Below are positions 33,661-48,036 of a DNA stretch of 64,000 bases, in pieces. The translations under genes and the position numbers were made by a program. The notes under the pieces are model-generated. The model searched no databases and had not been told where the DNA came from. It was given only the letters and a program-made list of their open reading frames with translations. This DNA comes from Azolla caroliniana (lineage: Eukaryota > Plantae > Polypodiophyta). The stretch lies in the NCBI GenBank assembly GCA_043228905.1, contig JBHGNT010000007.1, positions 16,988,001-17,052,000 of the forward strand, in the 5' to 3' direction. Within the stretch, counting starts at the first letter, position 1. Every line of letters begins with the position of its first letter.

Positions 33661-36600
33661 CCGGTTCATTTCCTTCGGTGGCAGACCCGTGCTTAGGAAT
33701 TGGTGCATGTTTGTCAGCCACCTATCTTCTGATACCACCATGTCGTCCGCTGCCGTTTCCGGGGCCATACGGAATAACTCTGCGTCCGGGAATTCATCCG
33801 CTACTCCGTCGCCTGATTCTCCGGACTCTAACCGGCTCAGATAGTCTGCTACGACATGCTGGATACCGGGCCGGTGGAAGATCTCGAATTCGAACTCCTG
33901 CAACAACAAGGTCCAACGGGCCAACTTACCGGTCAGGGACGCCTTGGACACTAAGTACAGGAGCGCCGAGTGATCCACATGAAAGGAGAACTTCCTTCCC
34001 AATAGGTAATGACGAAACTTTGTGACACTGTAGATCATGCCCAGGGCCTCCCGTTCCGTAGTCGAATAGTTCTTCTCCGCTTGGGACAGCTTCCGGCTGG
34101 CGTAGTATACCGGCCGGTACCATTTAGGCTCCGTAAGTTGCATTAAGGCGCTGCCGATAGCGATGTCGGAAGCGTCAACGAACACATGAAATTCCTTGCT
34201 CCAATCCGGAGGCTGCACGACGGGTGCTTGCGACAAAAGTACCTTCAGGGCATTGTATGCCTTATCCTCCGTATCCGTCCATTGGAACGGTGTCCGATGT
34301 ACTGCGGTGTGTAATGGTGTAGCCAAGTCAGCCAAGTGACGGAGCATCCGGCTGTGCCACCGGATCTGTCCTAAGAATCGGCTTAGTGCTTTGGCCGTTT
34401 TCGGCGCCGGTGCCCCTAGTATCGCGTTTACTTTGTCCGGGTCGACCGCAATGCCCTCCTTACTTACAATGTGTCCCAGTAAGATTCCACTTGACACCCC
34501 AAAGACGCATTTTTCTGGGTTTAAGCTTAGCCGGTATAACCTACACTTTTCAAGGCATAACCGTAGGTGCTGCAAATGGTCTTTTTCCTGGCTATAGACT
34601 GCAAAGTCATCCAGGAAAACCTGCATGAAGGCTGGAATGTATTCGCCGAAGATCTCCATGATGATTCGCTGGAAAGTTGCTGGTGCCGTTTTTAGTCCGA
34701 ACATCATTACTACGGCCACAAACACCCCCCATTCGGTGACGAACGTTGTCTTCTCCTGGTCGTCAGGGTGCATCCGGATTTGATTGTATCCGCTGAACCC
34801 GTCTAAAAAGCTATAAACTTCATGGCCGGCGACGGCATCCAGTACTCCATCCGTGAACGGAAGAGGGAATGCATCCGTAATTGTGGTTGCATTTAGTTTC
34901 CTGTAATCTACACACACGCGGATTTTACCGTTCTTCTTTGGGACGACGACGATGGGGCTCAGCCACGTTGCTTTCTTTACCGGCCGGATGAAGCCCACTC
35001 TTAGGAGTTTGTCGATTTCCTCCTTCACTTTGGCGGCGTAGTTGGGGTTCATTCGGTAACGTCTTTGCGCCACTGGTTTCGCGTCCTTGCCTAAGTGGAT
35101 CTGATGCTGATATAATTGAGGGTCCAGCCCTTGCATGTCTTCGTATGACCAGGCGAATACGTCGCGAAACTCCGTGAGAAGTTTGATTATCGCCGCTTTA
35201 TCTTCCAGTTTCATTTCTTTGGCGATGTGTACCGGCTTTGATTCGTCCTTGCTTCCTAGGTTCACTTCGTCGAGCTGGGATGTTTTTACCCGTTGGGAAA
35301 TGGCCATTTCCCGTTCCAACGCTTCCTGTGCTTGCCGTAATTCCCGAATCGAATCTTTGTCTGGTTCGGCTTCGGTTTCGTCCCGCTGCGGCAAGTATGG
35401 CGCTACGGCTTCAGCTACGTCAATCTCGAAGAGTGGTACGATCTTTGGGTGTTCCTCCAAGTACTGGGCTTCTTCGTCGTCTGCCAACCCTTCAAGCATG
35501 TTCACGCATTCCGCATACAACGGTGTGCATTCCTTACCGTTGCTCGTCCGTGGTTGTGTCGGTACCCGGACCTTGGCTTTTCCGCGCCGGAAGGTAATCA
35601 TATTTTTCCGCCAATTTTGCTTGATGTGTGTTGTTTTCAACCATGGTCTGCCCAGCAACAGTGGGTACGCGCCTTGCGCCTGTAGCTGCAGCACTACAGC
35701 CGAGATGTGAAATGTGTGACCTCCTATGGTGACCTCCAATTTCCGTATTAAGCCCATCGGCCGTACAGAGCTCGTATCCGCCATCCGTAGCCAGAACGGA
35801 CATGGCTCCCATTCATGTATACCCAAGGCATCACACGTGTGGAGGCTTATTACGTTCACCCCGGAACCTCCATCGATTACTGTGCCGGGAAGTTCGTGCC
35901 CTTTGACAATAGCTGTAATCACCGGACTACTAGTGTCCACCACCGTCGGTCCCTCCTCCGGATTCGAGAAGAGGACTGGTGCCGGTGGGGCTATACCGTC
36001 TGTCATGATCGTTTTTAGTCCTTCCGTAAATCGCGGCACGAGCTGCAAGAGTCTTCCTAATGGCAACGTGATCTGACATTCTTGCAGTGCTTGCCATGTC
36101 TCGTTTTCTGCGTGGCTACCGCCGGCACTCCCTATGGTATTCGCCTTTTGTCGTTCCGCGTCCGCGACGTTCCTTTCATTGGCTTCCTTCACCCATTCCG
36201 TCGCCTGTTTTCGTATGGCCTCTTGTGTTTCCCACTCTTTGGCCATGCCTTTCGACCGTGTGGTTACTTGCTGTACATCCGCCACTTCCGGAACCACCAT
36301 ATTAACTGCTGGTCGTTTATCGTAGCTCTTTGCCGGGCACTGGTTACTGTAGTGGCCTTCCTGCCTGCAGTAGTAGCAGTACTCTTTACGGGTATTGCTG
36401 GATTCAACATTGCTGGTAGCCGGAGTCGGTCCCATAGTGAGTGGTGCGTTCTGTGCCGGTTGGCTCCTTGGGGTTCCATGTTCCGGGTCCCTAGGGTGAC
36501 CACCTTTCTTGAAATTACGTTTCTTATTATTCTTATTTTTATTTCGGTAGTCCTGTCGTGGTGGATCATAAAATCGGCCGTAGTCCTCCTGGTGCCTTCG

Positions 36601-38181
36601 GTAACCAGGGGAATGGTCTCTGTCGTATTGCTCGTGTCGTCTGTTGGACTCCCGATAACGGTCCGATCGCTCATACCGGTCGTAGTTATCATGCCGATCC
36701 CCGTACCGGCCATCATTCTCTTGTCTGTCTCCGTACCGGACATCCTGTGCCGGTCGGTACCGGTTCATTCTTTGCCAACGATCTTCATCTTCGTCCCGGC
36801 TGCTTCTTGGCTCGATCCGTCGGACGGGTGGTGCTTGTCGGTTTAGCAGGTTATACTCACACCGGTCCGTTGTATGACTCTTGGATTGACAAATCACACA
36901 CTGGGTTCGCATGGTGCACTCCACTGCCGAGTGTCCGGCATTCAAGCAGATTGTGCATTGAATTGCCTGCCGGAACCGGAGATCTTCATCTGTGGGTAAT
37001 GCCCGTTGCAGTGCTCCCAGTGTAAGCCATGAGCTTGACTTTTCCATTTCTCTGACCCGGTCAATGACTTGGTCAATGGTGCTTCCTCGAAAGTCGATCA
37101 CCGTACACACCGTGCGTAACGGTTCCCGGAGTGTGCTTAAAAATATCGTCCGTAATTCCTCCTCCGGGGGTGCACGGGCAAGCTAGCTATGCATTCGTTG
37201 GAAACGGATGACGAATTGGGGAATGCTTTCCCCTGCCTCCTGTTGGATCGTATAAAACAGGCCCACCATTGTCGTCTGGTCGACCTCCTTGTGGAAAAAA
37301 TGCAAGAATTTTGCTTTTAATTCTGCAAAGGTTGTGATGGTCACCGGGTCCTGCGTCCGCCGCCATCGTGCCGCTGGTCCTTCCAACGTGACCCCGAATT
37401 CCGCTATCTTCGAGCGTTCTTCTTCCTCCGCTGTCAATCGCTGGGACGCGTGATTTGCTTCCCATGTCTGCTCGAAGGCATGAACATGCGCTTCCGCGTC
37501 CGGATCATCGCGATACTTTGAGTATTGGAACGGCATGTCGTCGTCCAGTATTAGGCCGTGGTTTAGTGGCGTTTGTTGATCTCTTTCCGGTTTTCTCTCC
37601 GGTTCCACTTCCAGTTCTTTTGCCGGTGCTTTTTCCGGTTCCTCTTCCGGTTCTTTTTCCGGTTCCTTCACCGGCGCTTCTTCCGGTACCTTCGCCGGCT
37701 CTTTCGTTGGGGTCGGTGGCTTTGCTTCTTCCACTTCCGGTGTTGGTGGGTTGACGGCTTCCGTTTGCGGTTTCGGATAGCCCTGGTCGAACGGTTCCGG
37801 TTCCGGAGTCGGCACGGTATCCGACTCGTCGTCCTCCGGGCCGCCGGGGGTATCGTTGTTGCTCCGGTAGTTCGTGTGCACGCTGTATCCCCCTTCGGAA
37901 TCCGATTCGTAGGCTGAAAAGGCTTCTGCCTCGTTTTCTCCGCTTGCCAGCGCCTCGAGGAGGCGTTCGGTTTCCCGGAGACTACTTAGACCGCTTCCGT
38001 TGTCCTGGTCGCGAGTTTGCTGTAACCGAAGAGATTCCTCCGCGACTCTCCGGATCTCGTTGGAGAACGAACGATCCGAGCGAATTTCGTGCGCTGCTTG
38101 CTGGAAAGTCTCACGCCGTCTTTGCCGTTCGGCGAGGCGTCAAGCTCGGTCTGTAACCAGGTCGTGCGTTGGTCTCGTCAT
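33661..38181 (-). pseudogene. Gag-PR-RT-RNase H part of the single gag-pol ORF of element A
   Basis: One frame from ATG 38181 with premature TGA (38140) and TAG (37183). Three CCHC knuckles, PR VIDGGSG, RT FLDGFSGYNQI / FLDD, RH FHVFVDAS. Confidence 0.93.
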
Positions 38182-38217
38182 CCATTAAGCCGTCGTTCGC
38201 TGCGAGAAAGCAGGAAT

Positions 38218-38228
38218 CGTGGTCGCCA
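38218..38228 (-). promoter_or_regulatory. PBS of element A (tRNA-Arg(UCG)-like)
   Basis: TGGCGACCACG begins 6 nt after the 5' LTR; 10-11 nt match to the recalled tRNA-Arg(UCG) 3' end. Confidence 0.7.
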
Positions 38229-38234
38229 AAACTG

Positions 38235-38653
38235 TGTTGTTCTCTGACCGGACAAGGCCTAACACAAGGTGTCACGGAGACACTTCACCAAAGGGTGATT
38301 ACGGCATAGGATTATGACTCAACGATTACACCGACCTAAGTAGGTTACACGATTAAAGCGCTTTTGTTAATTACACGCGTAAGATATAACAGTAAGTACA
38401 GAACGGAAATCAACACAGAAGTATAAACACCATACGCTCTATTAATTATCCGCCGCTATTACAATGGGCTCCGGGCCTTTAAATAGGTTTCCGGTCCGTA
38501 GTACAAAACGGTGCCTATCGCACCTATTCGGGATCTGTCCGGATCTGGAACGGCATACCGTTTCCAGTCCGTCCGTCCATACTATGCTTATTTACAACCA
38601 TACTTAATTAATTCCTTCACTCCGTATTTTGGACTCCTTGCCGGCCGGTAACA
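38235..38653 (-). repeat. 5' LTR of element A
   Basis: 419 bp, TGTT...AACA termini. Confidence 0.95.
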
Positions 38654-38895
38654 ACCACTATATTGAACATTACATTTTCTAATGCATCTTTTTACATAGT
38701 GTCTTCCATGTGATCGTAGGCTAGAGTTATCACATCCCTTTTCATATCCTGAGTTATTCATGTCTATCGGAGTCATCCCTTCTTCTTCTTTTTTCATAGC
38801 AGTGGTCTCCTCTTTTGCTCGCTTTTGATAATACTTCTTTCTTCTCGCAAGAGAAACAAGTCAAAAAAGAAGGGAGCCCGATGTTTAGAAGGACG

Positions 38896-39014
38896 TAGGA
38901 ATCAGCTCTTGTTCAGTTCAGTTTTGGAAACTCCCAAACCAGTTTCGGCTTAATTGGTTTGGTTTGGACAAGGCCAAATAGGTTAAGCCTAAATTGAACC
39001 ATTGTCGATTCCTA
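38896..39014. mobile_element. Internally deleted copy of the 18649 MITE family
   Basis: TAGGAATC...GATTCCTA termini, shared TTTGGAAACTCCCAAA and GGTTTGGACAAGGCCAAA. No TSD visible. Confidence 0.75.
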
Positions 39015-39129
39015 CATCATTCTAAACACTTGGCTCCCTTCTTCCTAATTTGTTTCTCACGTGTCTTAAGAGAGCCCGTATACATGTGACTTCATTATGC
39101 TTCTTCTTGTTCTTCTTATAAACTTATTG

Positions 39130-41410
39130 CAAAGATAATTGTTAATCATATTAAGGACACTTTGTTGGGAGGCATCCACATAAACCAGTACAGGTTCATT
39201 CCCCGAAGGCAAATTACAGATAATATTGCTAATCCCTATATTGGAATGGAGTATGCCAAATACACCAAACAAGATGTATTGTTCATGCAACTTGACATTG
39301 AAAAGGCCTTTGACACCATCCAATGGGATTTTGTGGCAGCCACAATGGTCAAACTAGGATTTGGTTCGAAAATGTCTCAAGTAATCTAGCACATCTTCAT
39401 GCATTATTGAGGGTGATTTGACGGATTCATGGAGCTTAGCCAAATCAGTATGACAAGGTTGTCCTGTAAGTGCATTGTTGTATGCAATCACAACTCATCC
39501 ACTACTATTGTACATGGATCATCTAGTATCAATTGGTCAACTTCACGGTTTGCAAATGAAAGACGAACATGATTTCGTGGCTCAGGCATATGCAGATGAT
39601 ACACCATTCTTGTCACAAAACAATCCAGATGATATGAGGGTGATTATGGATGCCCTCAAATTGTATGGATTAGCTGTTGGATTGCATGTTAACTTCAACA
39701 AGTCCAAACTTCTACCCTTGCCACCATATAGTTGGCATCAACTTTTGTGGCCAGGTCAAGTTGTTAGCCCAAATGAAATGGTTAGACATCTTGGCTATCC
39801 ATTGGGATGGAATGCAACATGGAAAAGAAAGCTTGAATGAGTTCTGTAAAACGTGAGATAAAAGATGAGCTATTGGAAGATTGCAACATGGCCACTCCAT
39901 GTCAGATTGAGGATAGTGCAATCTATATTCATGGCTTACGTGCAATATTACTTATTTATGATTGATTGATCGAAACACATGATATAAAAGATTAACTCAA
40001 AAATCATAAGCAACTTTCGGTGCTCTAAGCAGTCACATAGAGGTATACGACTCCTATCACTAGAGAAGATAGGCACTGCACGATTGAGTGGAGGGCTAAA
40101 TATTCTTAATTTGCATTTTTATATGTTGGCTAGAAAAGCTACTTTATTGCCAAAATTTGCTGAAGAAAACATTGCCTTGGGCAAGAATGCTATATGATAT
40201 GTTTGATCATTTGAAAACCAAGTCATTTGCTTCATGAGATACTAACCATTGGGATGTAGTGTTTGGAAAGCTTGACACGCACATCAAAGGCTGTCCGTTT
40301 AGCTCAAAGCTTCTAAAGCACTGGAAGGAAGTATTGCACCACATGAAATGGAGGTCAGAATTCAGAATCAGGGAACTCTTTACACCTCGAAAGCTTACAC
40401 TAGAGTGCTATATTCCCACAACCACTAGTTGAACAATAACTTAGGAAAGCTTATTCTTTAGCAAAGAAGGGACTGAAATCAATTGTAGATGTGGTAAATG
40501 ACCAAGGTCACTTATTGCACTTCAATGACATGACATGTCGTTATAGTCTTGGGCCACATCATCACATTATCTGGAATCAAGTCGCAGAGTTGGTACTTTC
40601 CTTAGTACTTGTGCCACCTCTAAATGGAAATTGCAGGATTCAGGATTGGATGTTACAAAAAGGGAACATTGTTATTCCAATGCATAACATTACAACACAT
40701 TCAGTGTATATGTTGTTGCAACTTGTCCCATGGTTTCACGAACATGCAAATGCATTATGGAACGTACACAAAACGCAGTCTTGGTGGAAAAACTGGGTTA
40801 CAAGCTTATGGAGCTCAATTCAGGTCTTCCACTTAAGCGATGGGTATTCCTATGGAGATGCCTATTGGGTGCGCTCCTGACTAGGTAAAATCCTCAAAAT
40901 AGATCAATAACCTCACCGCATTGTGCAAGATGTGGTGGACGATTGGAAACGGTCCCACACTTATTATGGACTTGCTCATTCACTACAACATTTGTACAAA
41001 GACTAAGTGCATCTCTTTATCATAGATTTCCTGGGCGAAGGTTTGGTAAAGACTTTTGGATATTTGGACAAATTCCGTGCGCCCTATCCAACAATGCCTA
41101 TTTTCTCCAACGGACACGATTTTGGGCAATCTGGACCATTTGAACAGCCCACAATAACAGGGTCTTCGATTGAAACCAACTGCATGAAGTTAGCTTCTTT
41201 AAGCAATCCGTCAGGCAATCTTTGTTTGATTGTTTGCAACGTAGAGACACGTCGCGCTGCAAATTTTAACAGTCTTTACTCTGAGTGCTTTTAAAAAGCT
41301 CATCGTCTAATCGGCACTTGGGTATTATTTTTCTTTTAGTCTTTGGCGGGTTTTCGCCTCACATTGAGTTTGCCCAGTAGTAGTAATAAAAAGTGTTACT
41401 AAAAAAGAAC
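39130..41410 (+). mobile_element. Degenerate 5'-truncated L1-type LINE (RT and zf-RVT region)
   Basis: FIPRRQITDNI, LDIEKAFDTIQWDF, QGCPVS, QAYADD, GLHVNFNKS, LGYPLG and C..C...ETVPHLLWTC in order, with many stops and an A-rich end. Confidence 0.88.
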
Positions 41411-42442
41411 AAGTCATGGTAAGAGATGGATGATGTGTTTTGTGTGTGTGGGGGGAGTTATACATGGAAAATGCACATTATTCATTCACAACCGCCCAAA
41501 TATACAGAGAAAACAATGAAAGAAAGAAAGAGGAAATCTTCGTGTTCCCATGGATTCTTCCTTTGGAGAGAACCCATTATTGGGAATTCTGTGAAACCCT
41601 GATTATTTTTATTTTTCACTTTTTATTTTTCCTTCTTCTTCTATTCTTTTGTTATTTGCCTTCTTGAAGAAGAAAGAATTAGCAGGAAAACCTTCAGATC
41701 TCACCCATCAAACCGATGCTTCGATTGGTGCAAAGAAGATCTGTTTCGTCAGGTTTCTGAAGAGGATTTTGGATGAAACTAAGGAAAGTATATCTAGATT
41801 TTTCTTGGGCTTTTCTTCAAGAAACTTGAAAGGTTAGTTTCCTGATTTCTTCTTTTCTTTCGTCTTCAAGAAAAGAGAAGGTTATATTTGTTTTTCCGTC
41901 TAAAGAGGTGTCGGTGAAAAAGGAGACGTTTTTGTTCTTCAAGAAAAAGCAAAGGTTATCTGAAAAAAGAGACAGGCTTTTCTTTTGTTTTTCTGATTGA
42001 TCTAAAAGAAGGTTTTGATGGAAAAGGGACGAGCCTTTTTTTTCCTCTTCAACAAAAATGGAAAGTCTTGTTCTGATCCAATATGGATTTCACAGAAAGC
42101 CAAATAGTAAGTATTTCACCATCATCACCATCTTCATCTTCTTCATCTTCTTCTTCAAGAAGGAGAGAAGATTTTTGGACTAAAAGAGAAATACATGAAA
42201 AGAAGGAGGTTCCGCTTTTTCTTTTCTTCAAGGTAAGTGAACCTTTTCCTTTATTTGTTATTGCCCTAAAGAAGAATTGATGAAAAGAGAAGAGGGTTTT
42301 TTCTCTTCTTGAGGAAAAAGAGAGAGTGAAGTGTCTTGTTATTCATCTGAAGAAGAATTGATGAAACGAAAAAGGACTTCTCCTTCAACAAAAAGAGAAG
42401 GTCTTTGCAACTGATCAAAAGAGAGCGAGAGAAGGATACATA

Positions 42443-45400
42443 ATGTCTGGTGAGAGTGTAGTGGCAGGACCTGAAGTAGATATGGTAGAAATGGAACCTA
42501 TTTCTTCGTCTTTATCATCATTTGGCGTGGATCTGGATTTGAACCTTGGATCTTCTTTTGCTTTGGATCTTGCTCTTGGAAGAGGAGGGGGAGGAGGAGA
42601 AGAAGAAGAAGAAGAAGGAAGAAATGGCACCACTACCACAATTACTACTCCTCCCCATGTTTCAAGGCCAAATTGGTCGAGATTCGAACCTGGTATGTTA
42701 GCTGGAGGTCAAGAAGAAATAGAAAATCTTATAAGAGCGGATGTTATCTCATCATCATCTAACATGGTTACAAACGAAACCGATCATCGCCGACATGGAT
42801 TCAGACATGGCATCAGCACAATTGGCCATGATGATACGAATCATGGTGGTGATGGTGAAGAAGGGTCATCACAAAGCCCTCCTCTTGCATTAAGGTTAGA
42901 CAATATGTTTTGATTAATTTGAGGGAAAAAACTCTAAAAATACCCCTAGACTTTTTCATTATTTCCCAGTTGTAAGTTTTTATTGTTTTCCTGCTCACCC
43001 CTCTTCAATTCAATTAAATGCACTACTTGAGCAGTTATATTATCAATTCAATCTCTCTCCCTCTCATGTTTTTCCCTTTTGGACAATTATATGTATAGCA
43101 ACTACTATCATGGTTGGGTCATCTCCTTTTTCCTTTTTTTCGGGGATTGGGTAAGAGCATTTGGGAAATATCCCCTTTTGTTATGCTGGTTCCTGTGGTT
43201 AGTTCATCCCTTTTTGTCTTTCATTCCGGGGATTGGAAAAGAATGAACACATCGGTATTTCAGGAGTTTTTCCCTTAATGTTATTTCAGGTTAAACCATA
43301 TTTCAAATGGATTATATGCTCATATCGATTTGTTCTTTGTTTCCTATTGTATCTCTCAAACAGTTATAGCCAGTAGTTAGAAGATTTATTTTCTTAGTGA
43401 AAAATAGGATTTTGTATTTTTCTTATGTTTTTTGTGGAATATTCATATAATAGAATTATGTTACTATTAATATGGTGGTGAAGATGGACATTAAGTGTCA
43501 AAGACCATGAATTGTTTTCGAATTGATTGGTAATTTTTATGTACGAATTTGTCTTTTCTTTTGCTTGCATATTATTTTTCCCATTCCAAAAGGCAATGCC
43601 ATTAGGTAGTAAAATTATTTTGGCTCAAGAAATAATATTTTTTTGTTTTTTCCTCTTGCTATATACGTTGAATATTCACATATTGATTCTGATCATTAAA
43701 AGGATCAGGTTGAAGACCTCGATTTTGTTATTCAAATGAGGAATTTCTTATTATTCTATTTAATTAGCAATGTGGCCATAAGTTTTTGACACTTGTTCTA
43801 TGGCATGCAGTTTTTGTTTCTATTTTCATTTTCTTCGTTGCATGTGTTGAATATTCGTGTTAAGATTCAAATTGTCCCAAGCATTGGGTTGAAGCCCTTG
43901 ATTTTGTATTCAGATGGGAAGTTGGTTTAGATTTCTATTTTTAATTAGCAGTATCAATTTCACCATCTGTTCTTTTTTGCTAGAGATCTTGATTACTCCC
44001 TTCTATTAATGAATGCGCTTTTGCCTCCATATGTTCTTTCACCCTTATTGGGCTGTGCCCATTGCCAAGTGGGCAGTAAGAGAATTATTTTAGTTAAAAT
44101 CAAATAGGTATCTCTAGTTTTTCCTTTGGATTCATCTTTCATACTAAAAAGAGTAAGTATTGATATTTACAATCCTTAATTCATTGTTCAATATCTGTAT
44201 AATGATTTTCAAGCACTAGACACTGAAGGCAAAGGGTGCTTGTTATAAAGAACTTGGTTATTGATGTATAGATCCCTGGCATTATCAGAAAATCAGTTCC
44301 TACTACATCCGGTTGAGTCAAACCATATTTTCTAATAGTTTGGTCGTATCAAAACTTTCTTTGCATAAATTTAGATCTTACTATGTCGATTCAAAGGGAA
44401 ATGCTGCTAGTAGACAATGAATTCCCTTTAATGATGTCAATCATTTATTGATTTGCTTCATCTCTAATGAAAAATAAAGGTCGTTTCTTTTTTTGTTAAA
44501 TAACCATGTGATGATCTATTGATTTTGTTATTCTTCTCTAGTGCAAAGTGAAGCTTTTTTATTCCTCTAATCTTTTTTGGTGAATGCCATCTTCCAAGGA
44601 TTTCAATCATTCTATCGAGTTACTCCTTCTCTTTCTCCTTGCCAATGCGAAGTTTTCAATCATCAATTGGTTTTTCTCATCTTTCTACTCTGTTTTCATG
44701 TAATGACTTTTATTGTAAATTAATTTTCTATTTCTTTCTCTCTTCCTCCTCATTGTCCTACTTATCCATGGTACATGCATTTGAAGCTTTGTTTCACCTT
44801 GACTTTTTTTATCTTGTAGGAACCCAAGATACACAAGACTTCCTCGCCGCCCTCGACAAGCCCTGTTCACCTCTCTTCTAAACCCGGTCGAAATCCCCAT
44901 CTCTTCTGACCAAGGATCAACCACTGAAAATAGGGTTGTTCTCGAGGTAGCTGAAACCTCAATTCCACAGGGTACATTTTTGGGGGCTAGAACTCCGAGA
45001 ATACAGAACTCTCCCTTGGAAATCCCTCTCTCGAATGAGAACTCAAATCAAGAGGAGAATAATAATAATAAGTTCCAAAGAAGCAACTCTGGAGGAATTC
45101 ATTTTGAATGTAATATATGCCTAGAAATGGCAGTGGAGCCAGTGGTTACCTGCTGTGGTCATCTCTTCTGTTGGCCTTGCCTTCATGAATGGTTGCATTT
45201 GCATGCAAGCCAAAAAGAGTGCCCTGTATGTAAAGGTTTCCTATCAGATGATGTGATTACACCCATATATGGTAGAGGCACATCTGAGGCAGGAGATAGG
45301 ATGAATGGACATAACAATACCCCACCACGTCCTCATGCTCACCGGATCAATGGGAAAAGGCGGTTGCAAGGAAGATCTAATCATGAGAGGTCACAAACAC

Positions 45401-46122
45401 TGTCCGAAAATATGGAATCTGGGGTATCACATAATGCTTCTGGTGCTAGTGCTGAGCTGCTTATATTGAATAGATTGAGAATAGCACAAAGATTGCAACG
45501 GGAGCACCTTGATGAAAGGCTTAGGCTCCGATTGAGGCAAAGGATGATGGGAAGACGGGGTAGTGCTTTCCGTTCATTTTCAGGCCTCGAATCTGCCACC
45601 CGAGCCATGGTTACCCCTATACCGAATAGAGATTTGAGCAGACAAGTGCAAAACCTACCATTTGAGAATATGGCCGGCCAAGTGCAAAACCAATCCATTG
45701 AGAATATGGGTGGCGGGGAAGTGCAAAACCAACCCCTTGAGAATATGGGTGAGCAACACCGTGAGAACACAGATGAGAGCCTCATTCAAAACACCATGGA
45801 AAGAAGCCGGGGAATGCTATCATCACACCAATCTTTTGATGAAGAAAGGATTGATATCATAGGGACAAGATCCTATTATTCGCCTTCAAATGGCAGTGAT
45901 TTACGGTTGTTCACACCAGAGTTGCCAGTGTTGGAGACGGTTACTCCTGAACGAGGACAGATTGCATTTAGATCCTGGCAGAGGCAGGACACAGAAAGTG
46001 AAAATGCGTCTCCAGTATCGCCTCAACAACAATCATGGAGAGCTGGTCTGAACAATTCATCTAGCTCCTCTGATGTGGAACCCGAAGCTTTGCATGCACG
46101 AAAGAGGCGCCGCCTCAATTAG
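42443..46122 (+). CDS. RING-HC (C3HC4) E3 ubiquitin ligase, RNF5/RMA-related, about 584 aa, two coding exons
   Basis: Exon 42443-42894 (AG|GT, phase 2) joins 44820-46122 (TTGTAG|G) in frame. FECNICLEMAVEPVVTCCGHLFCWPCLHEW...ECPVCKG...PIYGRG...PPRP. N-terminal LDLNL motif and C-terminal RKRRRLN. Confidence 0.9.
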
Positions 46123-47149
46123 GTTTATATCCCATTTATATGTGTATACTACAGGTATATGTTTATATGTACATATACATGTGTGTATATACATATAAAT
46201 CTATGAAGGTTTTTGTAAAGGATATGATGGATGTTGTGCTGCTTGTTGAGCTACAAAGCATTTAACATAGTGTATAAATAAATTCTTGTTGTAAATATCT
46301 CTTCAGGGGCCAACAAAAGTGTAGATAATAAATGACCATATTGGTTATGTTTCCCCATTGTCTTATGAAGTTAGTGGTCTTGTTTCAGTATATACAATGA
46401 TGTCTCACATTTTGTGGCGAGGCCATTAATAATGGGTGATCTGAATTCTGAAATATGAATCAGCTGTGCTAGCAATTGATCAAGTTTTAACCTACATTAC
46501 ATTGTTTTCCACATGAATAAATTATCCTCTTATAGTAGTTATTCTGGATATGTGCTTTTGTTTGTGAAGTTAAGCTTTTACCCGAGGTTAGTGAGCTTGA
46601 ATTTCATGCTTTTTTCTTGGCATAAATTAATTAATTAAAATGAGTTGCTTTTGTTAAGTATGTTAACAATCCATCTTTGACTAGGCAACCACACTCATAC
46701 ATACATGCTAGAGCTCATCCCCTTGTCAACCACATGTATAGTTCCTTCCATATGCCTTAGATCACTTCCTTTTCGATTTGAAAAATGATTTTGAGGCTAT
46801 GGTGATAAGATTCATTGAGGATCACACTTGTAGTGCACTTTGAATTATCCCTAGACACCGCTCTATTACTTGTCAACTTGTGCTCTCAATTGCAATACCC
46901 ATTTGTATGATTCTTGAACATCAAGGATCACTTGCTCTTAGATTCTCAAGTAGCATTGAACAGTGGACGATCTTTCCAAGACATTGACAATTGATGGAAA
47001 ATAAGATTTCTCAATTTCTTCTCTTAGATATGAAGAATACAATTGGATTGTTAGTCAACTACCAAAGGACTCTTCAATTCTATGATACTATCTACCACAC
47101 TATCATCATGTAGTAGACACAGTGTTAATCTACTCACATGGAATACATG

Positions 47150-47496
47150 TAACAGTCGGCAACGATTCACGAAACTGCGATTTAACGGCTTAACGGTTTA
47201 TTATTATTTTTTAACTTTTTAAAAAAATTGTAAAAATTCATTTCAAACAATCTTTTAATTTTCAGGCCTTATTCTCACATTTTAGGAAAATCTTTAAAAT
47301 TTTGAAAAATGAAATATTTTATAATTTGAATTTTGACCTAAGTTGGAACTGAAACCGAACCACAAAATCATGGTTTTTATGGTTTAAAGGTTTAACGGAA
47401 TTTTTTAACGGTTTCGTGGTTCAGTTTAGGTTTCAAAAATTTTAAACGGTTTGGTTTTGACCCTCTCAAACCGAACTGAACCATTGCCGATTGTTA
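47150..47496. mobile_element. hAT-type MITE downstream of the RING gene
   Basis: TIRs TAACAGTCGGCAACG / CATTGCCGATTGTTA and perfect 8-bp TSD AATACATG. Confidence 0.9.
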
Positions 47497-48036
47497 AATA
47501 CATGCACTAATAAATCTAGCTTATGTGCAACCTCGCCTATCTTTTTTATGGTCATCCACAAACCCCAACATTTTGGATGTAGTTTTGGTGTCTTAATAGC
47601 AAAACATATATGGGGAATAATTAGCAAACGCACTCATTCTCCCACCTTAAAGATCTCGAAGTACATTTCTTATCGGCAAAAGAACATTACTCTATCCATA
47701 GTTGATCAAAAACATTTATGGGGAATAATCAACAAATGCACTCATTCTCCCAAATTAAAGATCTCGAAGTACGTTTGATAGATAAACACATAATCCATAA
47801 ACATATCGTCCAACACTTAAACCCTTTTTATTTGACCATTGGTGTTGGAATGTTCTCTACCTCTAAATGTCAATTTAGTGCCTAGTCTTGCAAACATCTT
47901 GGTTCAAGCTTATTTATGTAGAATATATGTCAATTGAATAGATTCGTTAATTGCATATCAATTGCATTCTTGATAGTAGTGTGCCATTTTAGTCAATCAA
48001 CCAACCACAACTAACACAACATCATCATATTTTCAT

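Larger units (their letters stand above)
21453..38653 (-). mobile_element. Element A: full-length Athila-like (non-chromovirus) Ty3/gypsy retrotransposon with an extra 3' ORF, interrupted by element B
   Basis: Two 419-bp LTRs with about 5 differences; gag-PR-RT-RH-INT order; no chromodomain and no extra archaeal RNase H seen. Flanks are GTCAC / ACCAC (imperfect TSD). Confidence 0.95.

Noticed and set aside
27329-37025. Many 100-270 aa antisense and alternate-frame ORFs in elements A and B
   Set aside because: Expected shadows of GC-rich coding sequence, with no recognisable domains.
37183-37185. Programmed gag/pol readthrough stop in element A
   Set aside because: It falls inside the capsid region, before the zinc knuckles, and fits a CAG>TAG mutation like other stops in this copy.
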